From Pirellulales bacterium (GTDB lineage: Bacteria > Planctomycetota > Planctomycetia > Pirellulales > JAEUIK01): a stretch of DNA of 64,000 bases. Where the stretch lies: positions 59,604 to 123,603 of the forward strand of contig JBFXAH010000001.1 of NCBI GenBank assembly GCA_050184475.1, in the 5' to 3' direction. A program made the translations under genes and the position numbers. Positions 7,838 to 17,775 of this stretch are shown here, piece after piece. The number at the start of each line of letters is the position of its first letter. Within the stretch, counting starts at the first letter, position 1. The notes under the pieces are model-generated. The model was not told where the DNA came from and ran no database searches. It saw nothing but the letters and a program-made list of their open reading frames with translations.

Positions 7838-10800
7838 CTAAGGGTCGGTCTTGGCGCTAGCCAGCTTGCCCGATGTCTGGATGAAACTCTTGGCGGCCAG
7901 GTTGGCGTCGGTGGCGCCATTGGCGGCCACGTGCGTGGCGATCAGCTTGTAAAGCTCATCGCACGAGAGGAACGCTGCCCGCGCGGCTTCTTCCTTGCCA
8001 TCGCCGCGCATGTTGGCGATCCAGTAAGCCAGCCCACCGGCATCGGCCGAACGACCGAGCACGTCTTGATAGAGCTCGTCTGCTTCGTTCTTCAGAGCTT
8101 CGTCGCTACCCAACACGGCCGTGGCCACGCTGCTGCGCTGCGAGCCGCGTGCCAACTGCGCGGTCCACCAGGTGGAGCCCGCGCCGTCGATCTCGCGCCC
8201 GAGCACATCGTGGTACAAGTCCTGCAAGAAGTCGGCGTTGCTGCCGCCGGCCTTCTTGAAGTACTCGTCCGATCCGAGGATCGAGGCAATCAACTGCCGT
8301 TCGGTGCCGCCGCGGGCAAACTGGCTGAGCCACCATTGTCGTCCGCCAGCGTCGGCCGCACGGCCCAGATATGTCTCGTAGACGTGGTCGATCGTGCGCG
8401 AGCGATACTCGGTGCTTTGCTGAATGCTCAGAATCACCTGCTGCCGCCCGACGCCACTGTCGAGTTGCTTGGTCCAGTAGGCCAGGCCGGCGCTGTCGGC
8501 GTCGCGCCCCAATTCGGAGTTGTAAACCGCGGAAACGAAGACCGAGTTGGCCGACAGGGCAGCGGCCGCGGCGGGCGAGGGCTCGTCGGGCTTGGTGCTC
8601 GAACTTCCGCCTGAACCGGAGCTGGAAACCACGGGTGGATCGAAATTGCCCACCAACGGCAGCGCCGGCAGGTTGCCGAACTGGGCCTGGATATCGTGCC
8701 CCAAGGGAGTCGGCGAATAGGGATGGGCCAGGGTGACGGCCGAGCCCACGACGCGCTTGGTCATCGCCAGGTCGTCGGAAATCAAGAAGCGCCATTCGGC
8801 GTCGCCTGTTACGGCGCCGCTTTGCGGGATCCAGATCCCCAGGTCGTCGATGCCGTCGCCGTCCATGTCGGCGGCGATCGGTCGGTCGAGCACGCCCGGC
8901 GCGCCAAAGGCGATCGTCTGATCGGTGCCGTTGAAGCCACCTGCGGCGAAGTCGATGAAGAAGGTGTCGTTCTGATAGGTGGCCAGATCGTCGAGGCCGT
9001 CGCCGTCGAAGTCGCCGACGATCGGATAGCCGCGTTGTCCGTTGTTGACGGTAACGGGCGCTCCGAGCACGTCGAGATACCAGGTGGTGCCGTCGAAGAT
9101 CCCGATTTCGTCGCGGCTGCCGGCGCCGCCGACGAAGTTGCCCGCCACGGCCAGGCCGTCGATCTGCAGCGGACTGGCGACGTAGTCGCCCGGATCAACG
9201 GCGCCGTTGAAGTTCCAGTCGATCAAGAAGCGGAACTGACCGCTCACTGGGTCACGCCCGTAGGCGGCGAGCATGTCGAACCGCAGCCCCATCGTCGAGG
9301 CGTCGCCAAACTTGCCGGCGAAACGCTGATCGTTCACGGTGCCGAACTGGAAGATCGCGTCGCGATTGGTGAAGTCGACGTTCGTGGGGTCAAAGTGGAA
9401 GTTGCCGTTCAAGTCGGTCGCCACATTCAGTCCGGCGTAAGTGGCGATTTCGGGGCGGCTGTCGACCGTGAAGCGGGCCACGAAATCGCCGCCAGGCGTG
9501 CCGTTGCCGCTGGGGAACGGTCCAGGGGGTCCGGCGGGCTGCGGCTCGGCGGCGTTACTTTCGCCGTCGAGCGGGTTGTCGGCCGGATCGGTCACGTGAT
9601 CGGAGAAGATCAGCGTGTAGCGATCGTCGGGCAAAGGCGTGAAGAAGTCGATCTCGAGCCGGCCCGTCGCCGCCAGACCGACCGTGGCCGGGTTGGGATC
9701 GGGAATGAACCGTACTTCCTTGATCGGAATCAAGCCGTTGGCATCGCCGCGCACCTGGACCAGGCCGGGGTTGAGCTCAATCAAGTGGTCTTCGATCGAG
9801 ACGTGCAGCGTGTAGTTCTGGCCGGCCAGCACCGGCGCGGGAGTGCCACCCATGTCGCGGCCGACGCGAATGGCGTACTTGCCAGGCACCGTGAAATTGA
9901 ACGACAAGAAGCTAATGCCCGAGGCCAGCAGCGTGCCCGCTTCGTTATACAGTTGCAGCGAGGCAGTGAAATTGGCGAAGTCGATATCGAAATTGCCGAG
10001 AATCGGCGAGGCAGGCGTGGCACTGCCGATCGTGAACGTGTAGTAGTCGAACGTGCCGTCGCCGGTGCCGACGATCGAAGCGTGCGGGATCGTCAGATCG
10101 TCGGCGATCGCGGCGTTTTCGTTCAGATTGAAGTACTGATCGATGTTCTGCCCGTCGGCGATCGAGTTGTTCTGCTCGACTTCGGCCACGGTGCCGCCGA
10201 TCAGGGCCGGATAGGTGAAGTCGAGCGCCCGGGCCGGCAGATCCTGGATATCGAGGGTCAGCCCGTTCACCAGCGGCGTCGGGCCCGGGGTGGCTCCGGG
10301 GAACGACTTGGTGGCCAACAAGTCGAACTGCGACTCGTCGGCGCCGGTATTGGGGTTGTCGGTGATGTAGAGGGCCGTCACCTGCGGGCCGATGACGTCG
10401 ACGTCGGTCAACTTGATTTGATAGGTGTTGATGGCGTCGTTGACTTCAACCTCGCCCTCACCGCCACCGACGAGTCGCGGATGCCCCTGCACGCGAATGT
10501 AGTAATGATTGCCTGCCTGGGCGCCGAACGAGAGCTGCTCGCCGATGGCTTGTTCTCCCAGGTCGACCAGGCCTTGCCCCGAAACATCGGTCCCCGTGAT
10601 GATGAGTTTGCCGTTGATGTCGTAGACCGAGATATCGAGGTTGCCGTCGCCGGGCAGCCCCGCACGGCCGCTATTGACTTGGGCGATCTGGTTGAAGATC
10701 AAGTCGAGGCGGTAAACCGAGGTCTTGGTCGGCTGGAAAACGTACCAGTCCTCGTCTCCGGGAATGGCGGGCAGACCAAAGGCCGTTGATTCGCCTGGAT

Positions 10801-13800
10801 CAATGGTCGGGTTGAGATTCGTCGTGGCCAGATCGCTGAACTCGGTGGGGATCAGGCGATTGTCGTTGAGCTCGAACGGATCGGCCTGGAAGACCACGAC
10901 GCGGCCGCCGCCGTCGTCGCCGCTGCCGCCGGTGATCGGGTTGACCGGGGTAACATCCAGACGCTCGATGTGCGTGTAAACGACGTCCCCCAACGCAGCG
11001 ATACCGGTGTTGATCGCTGGAGCCATCGTGACACGACCGCTGCCGGGTGTGGACGATTCGCGTACCAGCACCAGGTCGCCGGTGCCGATGTCGCGCACGA
11101 TGAGCCGGTCGCTGGCATCGGGCGCGCCGCCATCGACGGTGAACCGCAACATCTGCTGGTGAAATCCATTGGTCAGGATTTCGTCGTGCGGCGCCGTCAG
11201 CGCGGTGTCGGTGTACTCGTCGGCGTAGGCCACTCGGATGGTGTCGTTGCCGTCGCCGGCTTCGATCAGCAACTCCTCGACTGTCGGGCGATTGCTGGTG
11301 TCGCTCGGCGCGGTGCCATTGATCGGCACGATCGAGAAGGTCGAAATCGTCGTCTGGACCAAGCCATTGGCGAATGTGGCGAGCGTGCTCGAGATGGTGT
11401 AGTCGTCGCCGGCCACGGCGCTAGGGGCATTTTGCAGGACGTCGAAATTGTCGTTGCCCTTGGTGCCGCGGATGACCAACTGGTCGAAGCCGGTGCCACC
11501 GTCAAAGGTGTCGTTGGTGCGGCTCGAAACGAGCACGTCGTCGCCGGCGCCCCCTTCGAGCGTGTCGAGACCCGCGCCACCTGTCAGCGTGTCGTCGCCG
11601 TCGTTACCCTGCAACACGATGGGAGAAGACTGCATGACGGCGCCGGCGTCGAGCGTGTCGTCGCCGGTGCCACCGATCAGGTTTGTGATAAAGGCCCCAC
11701 CGCCCGGCAGGTTAAGTGCGGTGATATTGTCGTTGCCGGCTCCGCCGTCGGCGATGATCCTCGTCAGGCCGGTCGGCACGTTGGCGTTGTCGAGCACAAA
11801 GGTGTCTTCGCCACCAAGGCCGTTGATGAACAAGTTGGTCTTGTTTGCGAACTCGATCGTCTCGAATTCGTCGACGCGCACGATGCCGCGCGTGGCGGCG
11901 CTCCCCTCCTCGTAGTTGATCGTATTCGGCGAGTTCGTGCCGTTGACGATCAGGTCGGCGGCCACGACCAGGTCGACCACCGGCTCGAGGTTCAAGAAGT
12001 CGATCGTCATGTCGGTCAACGCACCGTCGTAGGCGAGCCGACCTTGATGCACGACCGGACCAGGGGTGTAGGTCACGGTGTTGACCGTGTTGTTCGCCGG
12101 CGGGGTACCCTGCACGGTGAGCAGATCGAAGCCAGTTCCGCCGTCGTAGAGAATCGGCACGGTGATCAGGTCGCTCGTGGCGGCGTCGACATCAACCGTC
12201 ACTTGGTCGTCGTTGCCCAGCGTGTTGAGTTGCAGCAATTTGAGCGAAGTGCCCGCGGTGACGACGACAGTTGAGATATCATCCCGCACTGCCACGAGCG
12301 GGGCACCTGCCGGGTTCGTGATCGTGTAGGAATCGTCGGCGATCCCGGGGCCCAGGCCGTCGGCGCCTTCGATAACGAGCGTATCCTGGGTGCCGCTGGT
12401 GTACAGGTAGTTCGTTGCGATGGCGCCGGCCAGACTTCCGGTCTTGAACGTGACGACGTCGGAGCCGCCATTATTTGACTGGATTTCGAACGTATCGATC
12501 GTGGTGAACGTGATCTTGGGCAGACTGCTCGAGGTCACCTCATCCATGTCATCGGTGCCGCGCTGCACGCGAGCCGTGGAGTCGCTGCTGCCGAGGTCGA
12601 CGATGAGCCGGTCGTTAATCGGGTCGTCGCTGCCGATGTAGCTGATCAGTTCAACGCCCGAAGTCTCGATCGGGTTGGAAGCCGCCGCGACGTCTCGGAA
12701 TCCAGAGATCAGTTGCTTCGTCTGGTTGCCGTCCAGGGGTGCGATGGTCACCGTTTGGGCAAACGTCGCCGGGGCAAACAAACTCACCACGTCGCTGTTG
12801 GAGGGGTTGCCGCCGTCGAGGAACAGGCCGCCGGTGAATGGGTTGTTATCTGCGATGAGGAATAAATCGTCGCCGTCGTGGCCGTCGAGCACAACTTCTT
12901 CGATCCCGGTGCTTGTCGAACTGATGGTGACGAAGGTATGCGACGGGTTGAAGAGCCGGATGGTGGCGTTGGCATCGAGCCCGAAAGTGTCGTTATTGTC
13001 GGTGCCATTGTAGACGACACGGTCGACGCCCCCGGCGCCGGCATGGATGACGAACGTGTTCAGGCCCTGGGCCGGCACCGGCGCGTTGAGCGTGATGATA
13101 TCGTCGACCGGGCCGGGGTCGTTCGCGCCGGTGTCGATCGTAAAGGTCGGGATGTCGAAGAACGTCACCGACTCGAAGGCCAGGCCATCGTTCGTGCCCG
13201 AGACAGTCATCCGGCCTGGCGACGGTCCGGTTTCGACCAGCACGTTGTCGACGCCGGCCGGCGTGGTCAGCGTGAAACTGGCGAGCGCGCTGACGGTCAT
13301 CGGCTCGAAGTTCGAGAAGGTGATCAGGTCGATGCCGACCAACAGCGTGCCGGCTCCCGGGAACGTGGCGTCGGGCGTGTACGTCGCGGCGTCCTCAGTG
13401 TCGCCGATGTACTCGAAGCTGTCGAAGCCGGTCCGGCCGTTGAGCGTGATGTTCTTGTCGAAATCACCGACGATGATGATGTTGTCGTCGTCTCCCGAAC
13501 CGTTGATCGTCAGCGACGTGACGTGCGAGAGCGAGTCGGACCAGACCTCTTCGCCGTTGACCAGCAGTTGCAATCGCGTGCTGTCGTTGGGATCGCGCTG
13601 CGCGATGATCTCGTCGGGGGTGCCGTCGTTCCCCAGCGGCTGGAAGTTCATGTCCAGCACAATGTCCGAGGTAAGGGCCAGCGTGTCGTCGATGAAGGTG
13701 GCGAACTGCGAGACACGCGTGTAGTAATCGAATGTTCCGAACTCACTGAAATCATCAAAGATGTCTCTGATCTCGATCGAGTAAACACCCGCGATCACCG

Positions 13801-14611
13801 GTCCGCTGCCATTGCTGATAAAGGCTGGTGCCCCACGGTCGACGAAGGTGCCGGCCCCGGCCTCACTGGCGCCTAAACTGCCCGGACCATCGTCGAAGAG
13901 GGCTTCGAGAAGTTCCCCGTTGTCCACATCTTCGATATCGTCGAAAAAGTTGTAGCCGATGCGTTTGATCCCTTCGCTGTGCAGCTGCTCGCCAAGGTCA
14001 CCCGTCCCCGTTTCGCCGTACCCCACCAGTGTGAACAGACTATTGATTTCCAACGGGTCTTCGTCGTCGGGGACGCGGAAGATGTCGTAGCGCTCGGCCG
14101 GAAACGGCGCGATGAACGGGAGCTCGATGATCGCCAGGTCGGCGCCTTCAAAAGGATCGCCGTCCCAATCCGGAGCCAGCACGATGTTGGCGTCCGCGGC
14201 GACAATCGAAACCACATAGTGTTGCTTGTTCATCTCGAAGACGACCTGGAAGTTGGGCAGGTCGTCGTCGACTTCGCCGTTGGCGTCCTGATCAAAGGCT
14301 TGTGCCGTGGTGAGGATATGCCGGCCGGTCGAAAGTAGCGCGCCGGTGAAGTCGGCATGTAAAGTCGTGTTCGTTGAAACACTGGAAAAATCCAACGCCA
14401 CGACACCGTCGAAACCGCCGCCCGGATTGACGATCGGCGCAACCTCGAAAGCGCCGACGACCAGCAGGCGACGGTCTTCGAGCCGCTCGCAACGCAGCCC
14501 GGTGCTTCGACGACGCGTGCTCGGATTAGCCCTCGAACCGCGTCGGCTCAATGCAGTTCGTCCAAGATGCCACGGCGATGAAAAGTTCACGGCGAGACCC
14601 CAGTCTGGCAA
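7838..14611 (-). CDS. Giant secreted multidomain protein (2257 aa): degenerate trypsin-like domain, RTX-type Ca-binding repeats, PPC-like domains, FG-GAP/VCBS repeats, and 4 C-terminal DUF4214 repeats
   Basis: N-terminal ...CERLEDRRLL motif, common in planctomycete extracellular proteins. RTX-like GGAGNDNI..GGTGDDTLDAG..GNDGDDTLTGGAGLDTLEGGAGDDVL. PPC-like GDEDWYVFQPTKTSVYRLDL. FG-GAP-like GDFDGDGLDDLATY and ADMDGDGIDDLGIW. DUF4214-like units such as VYNSELGRDADSAGLAYWTKQLDSG occur 4 times. The start is uncertain (TTG at 14611 or GTG at 14590). Confidence 0.85.
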   Translation of the reverse strand: MPDWGLAVNFSSPWHLGRTALSRRGSRANPSTRRRSTGLRCERLEDRRLLVVGAFEVAPIVNPGGGFDGVVALDFSSVSTNTTLHADFTGALLSTGRHILTTAQAFDQDANGEVDDDLPNFQVVFEMNKQHYVVSIVAADANIVLAPDWDGDPFEGADLAIIELPFIAPFPAERYDIFRVPDDEDPLEINSLFTLVGYGETGTGDLGEQLHSEGIKRIGYNFFDDIEDVDNGELLEALFDDGPGSLGASEAGAGTFVDRGAPAFISNGSGPVIAGVYSIEIRDIFDDFSEFGTFDYYTRVSQFATFIDDTLALTSDIVLDMNFQPLGNDGTPDEIIAQRDPNDSTRLQLLVNGEEVWSDSLSHVTSLTINGSGDDDNIIIVGDFDKNITLNGRTGFDSFEYIGDTEDAATYTPDATFPGAGTLLVGIDLITFSNFEPMTVSALASFTLTTPAGVDNVLVETGPSPGRMTVSGTNDGLAFESVTFFDIPTFTIDTGANDPGPVDDIITLNAPVPAQGLNTFVIHAGAGGVDRVVYNGTDNNDTFGLDANATIRLFNPSHTFVTISSTSTGIEEVVLDGHDGDDLFLIADNNPFTGGLFLDGGNPSNSDVVSLFAPATFAQTVTIAPLDGNQTKQLISGFRDVAAASNPIETSGVELISYIGSDDPINDRLIVDLGSSDSTARVQRGTDDMDEVTSSSLPKITFTTIDTFEIQSNNGGSDVVTFKTGSLAGAIATNYLYTSGTQDTLVIEGADGLGPGIADDSYTITNPAGAPLVAVRDDISTVVVTAGTSLKLLQLNTLGNDDQVTVDVDAATSDLITVPILYDGGTGFDLLTVQGTPPANNTVNTVTYTPGPVVHQGRLAYDGALTDMTIDFLNLEPVVDLVVAADLIVNGTNSPNTINYEEGSAATRGIVRVDEFETIEFANKTNLFINGLGGEDTFVLDNANVPTGLTRIIADGGAGNDNITALNLPGGGAFITNLIGGTGDDTLDAGAVMQSSPIVLQGNDGDDTLTGGAGLDTLEGGAGDDVLVSSRTNDTFDGGTGFDQLVIRGTKGNDNFDVLQNAPSAVAGDDYTISSTLATFANGLVQTTISTFSIVPINGTAPSDTSNRPTVEELLIEAGDGNDTIRVAYADEYTDTALTAPHDEILTNGFHQQMLRFTVDGGAPDASDRLIVRDIGTGDLVLVRESSTPGSGRVTMAPAINTGIAALGDVVYTHIERLDVTPVNPITGGSGDDGGGRVVVFQADPFELNDNRLIPTEFSDLATTNLNPTIDPGESTAFGLPAIPGDEDWYVFQPTKTSVYRLDLIFNQIAQVNSGRAGLPGDGNLDISVYDINGKLIITGTDVSGQGLVDLGEQAIGEQLSFGAQAGNHYYIRVQGHPRLVGGGEGEVEVNDAINTYQIKLTDVDVIGPQVTALYITDNPNTGADESQFDLLATKSFPGATPGPTPLVNGLTLDIQDLPARALDFTYPALIGGTVAEVEQNNSIADGQNIDQYFNLNENAAIADDLTIPHASIVGTGDGTFDYYTFTIGSATPASPILGNFDIDFANFTASLQLYNEAGTLLASGISFLSFNFTVPGKYAIRVGRDMGGTPAPVLAGQNYTLHVSIEDHLIELNPGLVQVRGDANGLIPIKEVRFIPDPNPATVGLAATGRLEIDFFTPLPDDRYTLIFSDHVTDPADNPLDGESNAAEPQPAGPPGPFPSGNGTPGGDFVARFTVDSRPEIATYAGLNVATDLNGNFHFDPTNVDFTNRDAIFQFGTVNDQRFAGKFGDASTMGLRFDMLAAYGRDPVSGQFRFLIDWNFNGAVDPGDYVASPLQIDGLAVAGNFVGGAGSRDEIGIFDGTTWYLDVLGAPVTVNNGQRGYPIVGDFDGDGLDDLATYQNDTFFIDFAAGGFNGTDQTIAFGAPGVLDRPIAADMDGDGIDDLGIWIPQSGAVTGDAEWRFLISDDLAMTKRVVGSAVTLAHPYSPTPLGHDIQAQFGNLPALPLVGNFDPPVVSSSGSGGSSSTKPDEPSPAAAAALSANSVFVSAVYNSELGRDADSAGLAYWTKQLDSGVGRQQVILSIQQSTEYRSRTIDHVYETYLGRAADAGGRQWWLSQFARGGTERQLIASILGSDEYFKKAGGSNADFLQDLYHDVLGREIDGAGSTWWTAQLARGSQRSSVATAVLGSDEALKNEADELYQDVLGRSADAGGLAYWIANMRGDGKEEAARAAFLSCDELYKLIATHVAANGATDANLAAKSFIQTSGKLASAKTDP

Positions 14612-14902
14612 AGCAGGAGCAGCACGGAGTAATTCAGATTGCCGCGCCAGGGGGAGGAGTGCGGCGCGTAACTCCCCCGGCGGAACGACTTGGCCGCGCG
14701 TATTGGCAGCGCGTACGACCTGTCCGCGTGCGAGCCTAATAGGGGGCTACGTGCCAGTCAAGGAATGAGGATTGCAAAGGATAGGCAAACTATCCAGGCC
14801 CCTGGCATCTGGCGGCCGTCCGTCGCACCCTCGCTGAAATCAAGCGGCGTCAAGAAGCCGTGCAAATCGCCCCGACCCAAGAGAGAGTTTGGTCCGGGCC
14901 CT

Positions 14903-14936
14903 CCGTGGCGGCCGCAGCCCGACATGGGCGCCACGG
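14903..14936 (-). terminator. Possible stem-loop downstream of the phosphoesterase gene
   Basis: ccgtggcg (14903-14910) and cgccacgg (14929-14936) form an 8-bp GC stem with an 18-nt loop. It begins 8 nt past the stop of the 14944..17622 gene. No clear U-tract follows. Confidence 0.3.
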
Positions 14937-14943
14937 CCGCCCC

Positions 14944-17622
14944 TCAATCGTCATCGTCTTTGCCGATCGCCCAGGACGGAAAGGGTGCGTCGGCCCCGCG
15001 CTGGGCATGCCACAAGATCCGGTTCAACAGCTCCTCGGGGCAGCGGTCGATCTCCTCCAGCGGCAGCTCGGCCGACGCTTCGGCGAGCTCGCGCAGCAGG
15101 GGCTCGCGAATCGCCTGCGGATCGGGGTTCATCTCGTCGAGCGGCACCTGGTTCGGCACGACGTCGTAGGGGGCGAAGTCGGGCCGGGCCGTAAAGCAGT
15201 CGCCGAGCGACGTGGCGCTGGCGTCCATGATGTTCATCGGCGGCAAGCCCAGCATCAGCTCGATCGTCTTCATCAGGCTGGTTTGGTTGTACTGCGTGTG
15301 GATGACCGCTCCGCGCTTCGTGTACGGACTGATCACGTAGGCAGTCGTGCGGTAGCCGCTGACGTGATCCCAGCCTGCCTGCGGATCGTCCTCGATCACC
15401 AAAATGCAAGTCTTCTTCCAGAACCTCGAGTGGCTGACCGCCTCGACAATTTGCCCGAGCGCCAGATCGTTGTCGGCGACTTGGGCCGCCGGCGTCGGCG
15501 CGCCGGCCTTGGTGCCCGAGGTATGATCGTTCGGCAGGCAGATCATCACCAGGTTCGGCAACTTCCCCTCGCGCTCGAACTGCGCGAGCTCTTTGACGAA
15601 TTGCGCCGCGCGAAAGACGTCGGGAATATCCATGTCCCAGCCGACCGTGGTCGTGCACAAGTAGGGGCGCAACGACTCGATCGCCGGCCGGCTGCGGATT
15701 TCGATCAGTCCGGTCTGATCAATGAAGTCGCGATAGTAGTCGAGAAAACTGGGCGCCGCCGTGCGGCTTTTGTCCTTCCAAGCGGCCTCGGTGATGGCAA
15801 ACTCGCCGTAGACGCGCAGCGACTTCTTATGGGCGATGGCGTTGTCCCAGATGAAGCCGGCCGGCGAATAGGCCAACGCGTCGATGTCCTCGTCGGACAT
15901 GCCGTCGGGATAGCTGCGCGGAAAGCCGGCGAACGATTTCTCCATGTAATCGGTCGTGATCGCGCTGTCGCTCCACTGGTGGCCGTCGGCGCTGAGGATG
16001 CCCGAGCAATAGGTGTTGTCCAGCAGCACGAACTGCCGCGCCAAGCGATGCTGGTTGGGCGTGACCCGCTCGCCGAACACGCACAAGTCTGGATCGCCGT
16101 TCCCCTCGGGCATGTCGCCGAGTACCTGGTCGTAGGTGCGATTTTCCTTGATGATGTAGATCACGTGCTCAAAGACGCTCGGCTCGCCATGCCGCTGGGG
16201 CACGGGGCGCGCCGGCTGGTTCGGCCGCGGCGGCTCGAGCGCCGCGACGATCGCCGCAAATCGGCAATTGCGCATCACGGTCTTAGTCGTTTCAGGCAGC
16301 TCGTCGGCGGCCGGCACCTCGAAGAGCGACAGCGAGCCGTAGTATTGATGCGTGTTGAACTCGGTCCGGCCGGTCTTCTCGCTGGCGCGCCCCGGGCTGA
16401 GCCCCTTGATGTTGGCCGCATAGAGCGAGCGCCGCGCCGCGTCGAACACGATGGCGCCGGGATACCAGCCGACGGGCAACAGCCCTTCGAGTTCCAGTTC
16501 CGCCGGATCGAATTCGATCGCCGCCACGCAGTTCATCGAGCCATTGCAGACATAGAGCCAGCGCCCGGAGTCGTCGAACGTCAGGGCGTTGGGGCCGGCG
16601 CCGAAAGGCAGCGCGGGGCTCTCCTTGGTACAGATGGTGCGCGCGATATTGTTGGTCCGCGTCTCGATCACGCTGACCGTGTCCGAGCCGGCGTTGGCCA
16701 CGGCCAGGTATTGGCCGTCGGGCGACAACGCCAAGCCCGACGGGTGCAATCCGGCACGGATTGACGCCACGACCTGATTCGCGGCCAGGTCGATCACCGA
16801 CACCGAACCGTGATTGGCGATGTGCCGCACAGGGTCGACCCGCACGACCGTCCCCACGCCGGCCGGACCGACGGTCGAGTCGGCGGCCGGGCGATCGCCT
16901 CCCCAGTTGCTGACGAACGCCTTGTCGCCGGCCAGCGCCACACCATAAGGAGCGACACCCACGTCCCAGGCGCGCAGCAGCTTGCCGCTGGCGGCGTCGA
17001 GCTCGGCCAGCCGGTTCGACAGATTCAAGCAGACGTACAGCCGGGCGCCATCGGCCGACAGCGCCAGGCCTGCCGGAATCTCCTCCTTGCGGCGGGGCGC
17101 GTTGGCCGCCGCAAGTGGGATCGAGAACGCGGGCGAAACCCGCGCGTCGTCGACGCGAAACACCTTCACGTCGCCGCGGACGTTCGACAGATAGATGCGG
17201 TCGCCGCGCGGCGAGAAGATCAAACCCGTGTAGCTGAGCTGCCCCTTCTCGTCGATCGCCGACGCTTCGCCCGGCTTGGCCGGCGCCGCGGCCGTCAGCG
17301 TGTCGGCCGGAAGCTTCACGCGCTGGCGAATCTCGCCAGACGCCGGATCGACGACGACCAGTTCGTTCGTCAATCCCGCGGTCACAAGCAGCTTGCCGTC
17401 GGGACTGAGCGCCAGCGCCTGCGGGCGCATGCCGGGCAGCTCGACTTGTCTGCCCAGTGGCGTGACGCGCTGATTGACCGGCGTGACCAGCGAGTGGTCG
17501 TCGCCGCGGCCGACCGGTTCGTCGGTTGGCTCGTCGGCGGGCTCGTCGGCGGCAGCCACCAGGCACGAAGCGCTCAACACCGCCAGCAACGTGATCGAAG
17601 GTAGAAGTCGATGTAGCCGCAT
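14944..17622 (-). CDS. Secreted bifunctional beta-propeller (YncE/YVTN-like) / phosphoesterase (phospholipase C-acid phosphatase family) protein
   Basis: Signal peptide MRLHRLLPSITLLAVLSASCLVAAA. The N-terminal half has repeated ...LALSPDG..LYV.N.... blades. The C-terminal half starts with FEHVIYIIKENRTYDQVLGDM and contains ICLPNDHTSG, both typical of the phosphoesterase family. Confidence 0.85.
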   Translation of the reverse strand: MRLHRLLPSITLLAVLSASCLVAAADEPADEPTDEPVGRGDDHSLVTPVNQRVTPLGRQVELPGMRPQALALSPDGKLLVTAGLTNELVVVDPASGEIRQRVKLPADTLTAAAPAKPGEASAIDEKGQLSYTGLIFSPRGDRIYLSNVRGDVKVFRVDDARVSPAFSIPLAAANAPRRKEEIPAGLALSADGARLYVCLNLSNRLAELDAASGKLLRAWDVGVAPYGVALAGDKAFVSNWGGDRPAADSTVGPAGVGTVVRVDPVRHIANHGSVSVIDLAANQVVASIRAGLHPSGLALSPDGQYLAVANAGSDTVSVIETRTNNIARTICTKESPALPFGAGPNALTFDDSGRWLYVCNGSMNCVAAIEFDPAELELEGLLPVGWYPGAIVFDAARRSLYAANIKGLSPGRASEKTGRTEFNTHQYYGSLSLFEVPAADELPETTKTVMRNCRFAAIVAALEPPRPNQPARPVPQRHGEPSVFEHVIYIIKENRTYDQVLGDMPEGNGDPDLCVFGERVTPNQHRLARQFVLLDNTYCSGILSADGHQWSDSAITTDYMEKSFAGFPRSYPDGMSDEDIDALAYSPAGFIWDNAIAHKKSLRVYGEFAITEAAWKDKSRTAAPSFLDYYRDFIDQTGLIEIRSRPAIESLRPYLCTTTVGWDMDIPDVFRAAQFVKELAQFEREGKLPNLVMICLPNDHTSGTKAGAPTPAAQVADNDLALGQIVEAVSHSRFWKKTCILVIEDDPQAGWDHVSGYRTTAYVISPYTKRGAVIHTQYNQTSLMKTIELMLGLPPMNIMDASATSLGDCFTARPDFAPYDVVPNQVPLDEMNPDPQAIREPLLRELAEASAELPLEEIDRCPEELLNRILWHAQRGADAPFPSWAIGKDDDD

Positions 17623-17642
17623 CGCGTCTGGTCACCTCGGGT

Positions 17643-17715
17643 AGGGGGCAGGGGGCAGGGGTTAGAGATCAGGGGGCAGGGACTAGGGGGCAGAGGTCAG
17701 GGATTAGGGATCAGC
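17643..17715. repeat. G-tract / 'cagggggcagg' degenerate tandem repeat (potential G-quadruplex on the + strand)
   Basis: agggggcagggggcaggggttagagatcagggggcagggactagggggcagaggtcagggattagggatcag contains at least 6 runs of G3-G5. It lies 20-95 nt upstream of the start codon (17622) of the minus-strand phosphoesterase gene. Confidence 0.8.
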
Positions 17716-17775
17716 GGACAAAGATTCGGGACCCGGTATATACACCCCCCACGGACTAAAGTGTTCCGTAATTTT

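Noticed and set aside
8696-10789. 697-aa plus-strand ORF, plus similar long ORFs at 10970-12274, 12878-13876, 14860-16764, 20685-21851, 26243-27481, 36604-37713, 37864-39405, 42765-43619, 46708-48267, 48943-50184, 50366-51862 and 59011-60978
   Set aside because: All lie antisense or out of frame within ORFs that have clear family motifs. Their translations are Arg/Gly/Ala/Asp-rich with no recognisable motifs, as expected from stop-codon depletion in GC-rich DNA.
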